From: Eledone cirrhosa
Taxonomy: Eukaryota
DNA length: 64,000 nucleotides
Direction: 5' to 3'
Assembly (NCBI GenBank): GCA_964016885.1
Contig: OZ024743.1
Coordinates: 251,348,001 to 251,412,000, forward strand
Of the stretch, positions 54,530 to 64,000 are shown piece by piece (position 1 is the first letter of the stretch; every line of letters begins with the position of its first letter). The notes beneath the pieces are model-generated. The model searched no databases, was not told the DNA's origin, and worked only from the letters and a program-made list of their open reading frames with translations. The position numbers were made by a program, and so were the translations under genes.

Positions 54530-55023
54530 TTTCGACCTTACACACTTGCACCTCTCTAAGACAATGTCACTGGACCCAGATCTTTGGCGCTACGCAGTAA
54601 TACAGAAGACCAGCCTTACCTATGTACAAAGCGAAACCTACAGTCAGTAGGCACCTCTTAACCAAATATACACTCCAATCTACTACCCCTACCCTATCCT
54701 CCCACTCCCACCAACACCACCCTCTCTCTATAAAGTTGGCACCAGTCCAGATAAATGAGATAATGAGATCGTGTAGGTGTCACGAGAAAAAACACACAGT
54801 CCACGCGGTAATGTGGCCGTGTAGGTAACACGGTAAAAAGTTCCCAGTTCCACACTGTAAATGTGGTTGGTGTTAGGAAGGGCATCCAGCCGTAGAAAAC
54901 CTGCCAGATAGTCCTATATGAGCGAGACATGGTCACCCGACTAACCTTGCCTCAAGTGGGACAACTCCCGTCTAATCCATGCTAGCGTGGAAAATGGATA
55001 TTAAACGAAGATGATGATGATGA
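54530..55023 (+). mobile_element. RTE-2 3' end (ORF terminus + 3' UTR)
   Basis: Reverse complement of 48378-48895 with few differences. Confidence 0.88.
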
Positions 55024-55139
55024 TATTCATTTTGTTATGGCTAAATAGTGAGTCTTGTTACTCTGGAGTTTCACCTGTTTATCACTGGTGAAACTCCAGA
55101 GTATCAAGACTCACTATTTAGCCTTAATAAAATGAATAT
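55023..55139. repeat. ~115-bp palindrome (Penelope-like inverted terminus)
   Basis: ATATTCATTTTGTTATGGCTAAATAGTGAGTCTTGTTACTCTGGAGTTTCACC..GGTGAAACTCCAGAGTATCAAGACTCACTATTTAGCCTTAATAAAATGAATAT. Confidence 0.88.
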
Positions 55140-55204
55140 TTAAATTCTACTTCGGTATTGAGTACTGTTTTCTCTCAACTATCAACTATATACTGATATG
55201 TGTG

Positions 55205-55482
55205 TGTGTGTAAGAAATCAGCCGTATTATGTAGGAAAGAGGACTACACTGGTATGGTCATGAGATACCTATGGAGGAAGAAAAGCCAAGAAATTCCAGT
55301 GAAAGGAAGCTGTAGTAGATGGAGAACAAAGACAACCTGGGCAGAGGTTGTGAAAGCTGATCCCAAATCACTGAATGTAACAGGAGATGACAAAGTACTA
55401 CATCAATGGGATATTGTGCTAGAAAAGACCCATCAAACTCACGCAAAAAAGGAAAAGCAGACATAAAACAATGATGATGATA
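55205..55482 (+). mobile_element. Old RTE 3' fragment (another at ~59330-59570, minus strand)
   Basis: RLHWYGH..QEIPVKG..KTTWAEVVKAD remnants; (TGA)n tail. Confidence 0.7.
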
Positions 55483-56031
55483 TATTCTTTCTTTTATTAC
55501 TGCATATGTAACCATTAATTTATTTCCCCCCAAAATACAGAATCATATATATCTCAAAGAGGTTCATACATGAATGAATTTATCTACCAAGTTATCATCG
55601 TGTTAAACACTAGTAAGATTTGAACCCAGAATATAGAGGGATAAAACCACAAGGTATTTACTCCCATATTAATTTTATCACCACACTATAATAATTACAT
55701 ATTTTGTTATGTTATTAATTAAAATTTTAGTTGATGATATATTATGTAATAAATGTCTATTTAATTTTTAAGAAATTATATATCATAAATCATTTTAATT
55801 GGTTTTATGAAATACTTTACCTTTTTATATTTGATTCCTGATTTCTCACATTTCTTTTGTAACATATTTCATTATATTTCGTACTTTGATTGGCTCATTA
55901 ATTTTATCTTCATCAGGGAAGATAAACTATTTTATACTTCGTTATGTCATAGGAAAAATATATATATAACTAATGATTATCAGTGAAATTCAACTCTGGA
56001 AATATTTTAATTCAATTCTATATATATGTAA

Positions 56032-56074
<43 letters not shown>

Positions 56075-56177
56075 TATATGTATGTATGTATATATGTATG
56101 TATATATGTATGTGATATATGTATATATGTATGTATGTATATGTATATATGTATGTATGTATATATGTGTTTGTGTG

Positions 56178-56209
<32 letters not shown>

Positions 56210-57512
56210 CTTTTTGTGATGAAATTAATAAAAATATGGTAAAATTTCAATCACAAATATGTATTTTGATCTTAAATGGATCTCATTAGTGTAATGCAGA
56301 ACATTACATTATTTATGAAAATAGAAATACAAATTCTATGTCTTTTGATTAACAATGTTCACAAAAATGTCTTTGTCTTTTTATTTCAATTACCATTATA
56401 ATTCACATTCATATATTTATTAAACAAGTGAGATATACATTTGATTCTTTTTGTCTTCTGGTTGTTGCTTGCAGGTTCAAGTGTGCTGTAAACACCATCA
56501 TACATACACAAATGTATAGTGAATATTCTTATTATTTAGAAAAAACTGTGTTATAGAAGGCTATATCTATGCAGAACAAATATTAGATATACAAAATGAT
56601 AATAACAAAGGTATTGAAATGTTACACTAAAAATATTAGTCTTTATATTTCAGGTAAAATACCCCATTTCAAAATCGAGAGAGAGGGATATAACAAATTT
56701 GGCATGTCATCCTTATAGATATAGACTAATTATCTCTGACATGTTCTCTTAACACCTTTTACCCAAAATATAAGAACCAATTCATTAGTTGTAACTACCA
56801 TTTCAATATTTTTGTTATTATTGATTGAGCTACATTGCTGTTTTGTAAACATGAAGTATCTCATATGTTTCACGAGATATTGTCATTATCTCTAAAGGGA
56901 ATCTAGTGTCAATGATAGCCATTAATTCTCTATAAAATATTTATTTCCTGGTAAATGTTCTGGCAATAAGTCTTTGAGAGAAATTCTGTGACAAACCATA
57001 CAGTGTATACATTAATTCTCTATAAAAATAATTTAGCCCAGTTGTAAAACAATTCCTATTATATTTAATTAATTTTAAATGTTTGCAGATTATGTGTGAT
57101 TATTTAATCATGTATTACTTTTTTCAGTTTTAATTTGATCAAATATACATCTTAATAGTCGTTAGTGAATAAATTTAAATTATTAATTTTAATTAAAATA
57201 TCGATATATCATATCAAAAATGTTTATTTGAATTTGTTAGTTGTTATTAATTTAATGTTATTTTTAATGTTATTTTAATTGCTGTGCATTTATAGTAATG
57301 ACAATATATCCAGATTGTAAGTAGAGAGGAGAGAGAAAGAAAGAAGATATGTGTATGTTTACGAGAGAGGGAGGGGGGACATGTAGAAAGTAAGATAAGT
57401 AATTAGATTGAGACAGATAAGTGATGAATAGATAGAATTTCATGAGTAGGTAGGTAACTTGTGACACAGGGAGACAGATAGGTAGAAAAATAGATACAGG
57501 AAGATAGATATT

Positions 57513-57546
<34 letters not shown>

Positions 57547-57610
57547 TATATACACTTCGTTTTTGTATTTGTTTTGCAAGATTTCTTATCTGAAAAGGTG
57601 TGTTGAAATA

Positions 57611-58462
57611 GATATTGCTATTACTTTGGGAGGGTCATGCTACCAATATAAACTCACCCACCTGTTGGTTTTCACAATTTATTATAAACTAGCTGAGGTA
57701 CCCGGTAATACCCGGGAGCAGAGGTATTCACATTTCCCATTAAAATGCCCAATGTCTCTCAGACCAAAAATTAAATCAAAATATAGCACAGATAATCAAA
57801 AGCAAAGACAAATTCATTTACGAAACAATAATACAAACAAATATTGTTGATTGCATTGGTCAAGCAAAAAAATGTTTGTCAGAGAAGTTGAGTGTTGCTA
57901 TAAGGAAAATAATACAACCCCATATTATTGAAATTTGCTGTTAATTTGGGAATAGGCATCATATCTTGTTATTTACCTATGGTTTAAATTTCATATAAAT
58001 CGAAGGTAAAATATTTTCAGCGGGGGTTTTCAGTGGGAGTTTCATCCCTCGTGGAACCCTTTGATTAAAATGAAATATACGTAAGAAATCAAATGGGCAT
58101 GAGCCCCACACACGTGTCAAATTTCATTAAGATCGGTTTGGTAGTTTTTGAGTTTTAGGTTCACAAACAAACAGACAGAAATTGCCATTTATGTATATAG
58201 ATTTCCAGTTGGTTTAATAACCGGATGGTTGTTTATTTGTTTATTGTTAAAGCTCTTTTGTTACATATTCTGTGACATCCTCAGTGACTAATTTGTTAGT
58301 AGGTTACAGAATTTGTGATGAAAGAGCTTTGACAATAAACAAATAAACAACCAGCCAGTTATTGAACTAAGCAGCTGGAAATTTATAAGAAATTGAAGTG
58401 GAATCCAACAGGTGTATATGTTTTAATTGGCAGCATTACCCTCCCAAATTATAACAAAATAC
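57611..58462. mobile_element. Fold-back (long-TIR) element interrupted by a Helitron
   Basis: 57611-57688 plus 58202-58275 is the imperfect reverse complement of 58302-58462. Confidence 0.75.
57689..58201 (-). mobile_element. Non-autonomous Helitron (513 bp)
   Basis: A|TCTATATACATAAA start at 58201; hairpin CCCGGGTATTACCGGG then CTAG|T at 57689; empty site preserved in the opposite arm of the host element. Confidence 0.88.
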
Positions 58463-58619
58463 ATATAAGGTGAGGAAGTGATGAAAGCTGATCTTGCCCA
58501 ATTGTACCCCTCAAAGGCGATGACAGCAAACCGAGACCTCTGGCGTCACGCAGTAATACAGACGACCTGACTTTCCAGAGATACAAGCTGAATCTGAAGG
58601 ATATAGACAGTATGCCCCC

Positions 58620-58840
58620 ACCCTTCCCACTATAAAGTGGTCGTGTAGGTGTTGGGACGAAAATTCACCCAGTCCACACTGTAAAGTGTTAAGAAGGTCA
58701 TCCAGCTGTAGAAACCAAGCCACAGTCAGTTCTGTATGAGCAAGACATGGTCACCTGACCTGGCATTTCCCACAACAGGACAACTCGTCTAACCCATGCT
58801 AGTGTGGAAGAATGAACATAAAACGGAAACAATGATGATT
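58620..58840 (+). mobile_element. Diverged bipartite RTE/SINE 3' fragment
   Basis: GTCGTGTAGG..CCCAGTCCACACTGTAAA..CATCCAGCTGTAGAAA..CCCATGCTAG. Confidence 0.65.
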
Positions 58841-59210
58841 TCTACATAACTGGAACTGTTTCACTCATATGAAATCATCAGGAACGTCAGATAAAATCGG
58901 TCAAGTTTAGTATTTATAGATTTCTTTGGGGTAGATAGAATGAGAGGAAAAGGGAGGAGAAGAGAAAGGGGCAAAGAGAAACAGGTAAAGAAGATGAAAG
59001 ACACATACAAAATTTTATTTATGTTTATTTTGTTACATGTGTTTAACCAGTGGTCAGGCTCAATGATATCTCTCTGTTTTGTATTTATACTCTGTGATCC
59101 CTACATACAGAAGAAACAAGTATTTATCCTTTGAGTTGAGACTTCTTTACCTTGGAATAATATTATCACATTGAGTGTTGGACATGGTTTATGCCGGCAT
59201 TAATTGCAAT

Positions 59211-59290
<80 letters not shown>

Positions 59291-59564
59291 TATATATAAT
59301 AACCACTATCATAATATTACAACTGCATTGTTATGCTTTTATGGGGTGGATAGGTCCTTTTCAGCAGAGAATCTCTCTCTACTTCTGAAGCTTTGTTCTT
59401 CACCAAGCAATCAACATCCATGCGCATCACATATGCATACCATCGACACACACACACATTTGATTCCTATTATATTCAGGTTCTCACTCAGTTCATCCAT
59501 ATTTTGTCGTTCATTAACATTGCACATCAATCAAAGGATGCTCACTCTATTTCTGTCCAGCATT

Positions 59565-59619
<55 letters not shown>

Positions 59620-59624
59620 GGGGG

Positions 59625-60582
59625 AGAGGGGGATTGGCTGTGTAGTTGCTAGTTAAGGTAGGCTTAAAAATAAAAATAAGAAGTAAGCAAGAATGGGGGA
59701 AGGTTGCTCGCACACTCTTCGGTTTGTTGTTTCCCATTTTGTTGTTTATTTTTTCGCTGTTTTTCTCTTTTTTCTCTTTTTTTCCCTTTTCCCTTCTGTT
59801 ATCCTATATTTTCCTTCCTCCCTCCTCCGTTTTCCCAAATAACCTACCTAGTTATTGAATGCACTGGGGGTAGATTTATTGTCTTTAATGCGTTGAAATA
59901 TCCGAGACCCCCCAGCAGACAACTGATGAGGAAAACTTCGCCCCTCCTCCCGTTCTTGCTTTCTTCTTATTCTTATGTTTAAGCCTACCTTAAATAGCAA
60001 CTACACAACCAATCCTCTTCTCCATATATTTTATCATGTTTCGCTGTGATCCGTATTCTCTCTCCTTTTACCTACCTATTTTGTTACTATCTACTCTTCC
60101 TCATCTTTCTTTCTCTCCCTTTCTCCCTCTCACTTTTACTCACCCTCTCTCTGCTAGCCACCTCATTGTTTCCCTCACCTGACCCTCTAGCAGTTCTTTT
60201 CTCACTCACACTCGCTAGGATCAGACGTGTATTTTCGCTCGTCCACACGATCTAGAAATTATGTTGAGTTATCGTCGTGAACTTGGATTTTCTTTCTTCA
60301 AGTTGCTCGCACACTCTTTGTTTTTTTTGTTTCCCATTTTTTTCAGTTTTTTCGCTGTTTTCTCTTTTCTCTTTTCTCTCTTTTTTTCCCTTTTCTCTTC
60401 TGTTATCCTATACTTTCCTTTCCTCCCTCCTACGTTTTCCCTATAACTTACCTAGATATTGAACGCACTGTGGGTAGATATATTGTCTTTATTGCATTGA
60501 AATATCCGAGAACCCCAGCAGAGATCTGGTGAGGACCCCCCCCCCCATTCTTGCTTTCTTCTTATTATTATTTTTAAGCCTA
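59625..60582. mobile_element. Penelope-like non-coding remnant with direct and inverted pseudo-LTR repeats (further copy 61386-61550, inverted)
   Basis: ~285-bp direct repeats 59703-59988 / 60302-60582; 59625-59700 is an inverted copy of 59945-60022; flanked by TA tracts. Confidence 0.6.
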
Positions 60583-60677
60583 TATATATATATATATATA
60601 CCGTCTAACCCATGCTAGCGTGGAAAATGGACGTTAAACGAAGATGATGATGATGATGATATATATATATGTATATA

Positions 60678-61277
60678 CTAGCAGAATGGCCCGGCGTAGC
60701 TCCGGATTTACTCTAGGGTTCTTATATATTTGATATATATTTATCCTTATCGACCCTCGTGAAATAAATACGTTTGTTTATATTTTGTTATTGTGTATGC
60801 CGAAATATCTGTACACGAATATATAATTATATATATATATATTAAAATAACAGATTAAAATTTAAACAAAGAATCACTGCTTTCACTCTTAACGGGATCT
60901 TCTGAAACTAAAATAAAAAAAAATCAATCTGTGAACGCAGAAGTAAATATTTCGAAAAACGTTACACACTATATATATATGCACACACACTATATATGTC
61001 GTAATGCAGATAGCCAGGCATACAGACATATATTATAAGGGCGCAACGTTATATCTATGTATCTATCTAAATAGAGAAAGACTAGAATTATAGAGAGAGA
61101 TCGCTAAATCGCCTAATGCGGTCCCTAGGGTATTGAAAATTTGAAATTTATTTTGCTCAAAACACTCACAGGACCATAAGTATTACATGTGTAAAGTTTG
61201 AAAACAATCGGTTGGATGGTTCTCGAGTTTCAGTGATTGGACAGACAGACAGACATTCTCTGTTTTAGATATATAGA
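60678..61277 (-). mobile_element. Non-autonomous Helitron (600 bp)
   Basis: A|TCTATATATCTAAAAC..(TGTC)n start at 61277; hairpin CCGGAGCTACGCCGGG then TTCTGCTAG|T at 60678. Confidence 0.88.
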
Positions 61278-61285
61278 TTTGTGTG

Positions 61286-61324
<39 letters not shown>

Positions 61325-61326
61325 AT

Positions 61327-61361
<35 letters not shown>

Positions 61362-61614
61362 CACACACACACACACATATATATATAGGCTTAAAAATAA
61401 GAATAAGAAGAAAGCAAGAACAGGGGGCGGGTTCCTCATCAGTTGTCTGCTGGGGGTCTTGGATATTTCAACGCATTAAAGACACCAGTGCATTCAATAA
61501 CTAGGTAAGTTATTGGGAAAATGGAGGAAGGAGAGAAGGAAAATATAGGATATATATATATATATATATATATGCTAATGCTGGACAAATACATAGATAG
61601 AAATAGGCAACGAA

Positions 61615-61745
61615 TTGGCAGAGTCCATAGAACATTGGATAGAATGCTTTATGGTATTTGTTCTGGCTCTCTGATTTCAAATCCCTCCGAGATTAACTTT
61701 GTCTTTTTGAGGTTGATAAAATAAGTACCGGTCTAGTACTGGGGG
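61615..61745 (+). mobile_element. Decayed SINE family A
   Basis: TTGGCAGAG..ATTTCAAATCCCTCCGAGATTAACTTTG..GATAAAATAAGTACC. Confidence 0.6.
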
Positions 61746-64000
61746 CAATTCTTCCTCCTTCTAAAGGAAATCTGCTGTACTCAGGCCAGGAGAGGGATGG
61801 GCTCTGTCAGGCTTACAATGCCCAAGAAATGGTGTATGTCAATACAGTGCCCCTACAACTCTATCAGGAGTAATGGGGCCATACCAGACCACATCGTACC
61901 ATATAGATAGAAATGTATTTTAATGAGGTAAAGTTCTGACTATGAGCTAAGGCAGTTTCAGATTGTAATCTGAGTTTCTTCAATATATATTTAGAGAGAG
62001 AGAGAGAGAGAGAAAGAGATCTATATAAAAGATAGATGTATTTTGATAATTCCCTCCCTCCTATTTTAATTCTAATTAAAGAAATATATTTTTGCTCAAT
62101 AACACACAACACACAATTCCGTGTATTATCCACTTACCGAAATGTTTCCGGCTTCTATTGGCAACATTCCTTCATGGTTTTCAACTTTGGTATTTATCCT
62201 TATTTATAAGCTTGTAATGTCAGAAGACTGTGCCAAAAAGTTTCCTGCCCAGAACATGACAGCCACCATTGAAAACGGGAGTTCTAACATTACAACAAAA
62301 ACACGATGTAATTTTTCTAAATATGATTACAAAGATATTCTTTTAGCTCTTTGCTGTCATGTGTTTTTTTTTTTAACATTGTAGTTGTTGTTGCTATATT
62401 TATTCGGTCAGTATATATGTTTGTATATATATATATGTGTGTGTGTGTGTTTCCTATTGGACCATAACCCATGGTTTAAGATGAGAAACATTATCATCGT
62501 CATCATTATCATCATCATTGCCACCAGCACCATCTTCCCCCTTATACGCACCATCATTATCACCACCATTTTTAAAGCCATAAATTATAGTGTATATAGT
62601 GGTTTCAATATATTATCAGATTGCTCAACTAAGGATGTTACCAAATCCATCAAATATTCTTTTATTGATTGGTCTAGGTCTCTCTCTCCAGCTCTTGTTA
62701 TATTCTTTTACTGATTTCAGTCACTAGAGTTTGGCCATATTGACACACAGCCTTGCAAGGCATTTGTCCTCCATATCCACACCACTGCTCATTTTTTTAA
62801 GGCTTTTATTTTATTAATCGTTTTTTGCTGAACTTCAAAGTTAGGGGACATAAACAGACAGTACATGTAACCATGCACACACATACACATTTATATATAC
62901 ACATGTATACATACATACATACACATATATATATATAGATATGCATACATATACATACACAAAGGCTTCCACACTGTTTCTGTCTGGTAAATTTCACTCA
63001 CAACACAATTTGTCAACCCAAGGCAACACTAGAAGACAGCCCAAAGTAAGGGCCACACAGTGACGATGGACTTGAAAACGCGATTGCAAAACAAATGTGT
63101 TAACCACCACACAGCCATGTCTACATCTCTAATTGATTGATTAATTTGTTAATTAATTAATTAGAAAATTAAGACATCTGCGTAAAACATACAAATACCA
63201 AATACTTGCTGTTACCTTCTGATTCCTTCTGGCCAACATAAAACCTATGATGTATAGTAAAAGATCAGGAGGTAGAGGAAAATATTTGATGTTGGAAACA
63301 TCATAGGAATTATGTCTGCCATAAGAACATACAAGAGATCTCTTTAGTATGCTCTCTTAGAAACAATACAACAAACCAAAGTTGTAACAATCGAGATTTC
63401 CTGCCTTTTCAAAAATAAAAAAATAAAAACAAGGATAATAAAAATAATAATAATAATAAAGAAAACATTATATCATTGTATCTTTGGAATCTAAAAGACA
63501 ACAACGAAGAAGGAAATATAACATACAAATAGAAAGAAAAAGTTAATGATGGTTTTCAGACGATATCTGATGCCAATAGTATGGCATGGAGTATTATTTT
63601 AGTAAACGTATATTCGCATTCTTTCTAATGAAACTCTGCAATTAGTTGTGGAGATAATTAGAGAACATTTTTTTTATTTGTTTTGTTTTGTTTATTAGTT
63701 GTATTGCATTGTTGCCATGTGTGGTGTGATGTGTGGTGTTGCGTGTTTATTAGACATAACGATATTCTCATTATTTACTTGTTTCATATATAATGAGGTG
63801 TGTTTGCAGATCAAAGCCTAACTAATTTAGTGAAGTGGACCATAACAATGTTTAAAGCTTTGTTACGAAACCAACAATAAAACTATTTCAGTTGGTAGCT
63901 ATCGCCACCACTATCAACAGTCCTGTTGCTCTACTAATGCTATAACACTACTGTAGTCATACTAATACTTCAACACTACTGTTTTCCTACTAATACTACA

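Noticed and set aside
62130-62350. Possible minus-strand first coding exon MLPIEAGNIS followed by GTAAGT
   Set aside because: Good donor site but no identifiable downstream exon or homology; needs RNA-seq

Overview
AT-rich, microsatellite-dense eukaryotic DNA with one 200-N gap (3077-3276). I find no supportable host gene; nearly all short ORFs are (TA)n/(CA)n/(GGT)n artefacts. The repeat content suggests an octopod cephalopod (inference only). The window is a transposon patchwork. (i) One intact RTE-clade LINE encodes a 1022-aa APE+RT protein with a C4HC3 PHD-type finger inserted inside the RT. A second RTE family has the same finger and a SINE-derived 3' UTR; many truncated copies occur. 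(ii) tRNA-headed SINEs of two kinds. (iii) A decayed CsRn1-clade Gypsy LTR element with tRNA-Trp PBS, CHCC gag and 4-bp TSD. (iv) At least five Helitrons with A|TC...CTAG|T ends, one carrying a ~173-bp GC-rich satellite and two 3' terminators. (v) CR1, Tc1/IS630, piggyBac-type and hAT-type remnants. (vi) Several fold-back or Penelope-like structures. The most unusual is a ~255-bp unit containing a full tRNA-like cloverleaf, present as two inverted, differently circularly permuted monomers. Boundaries of decayed elements are approximate, read by eye.
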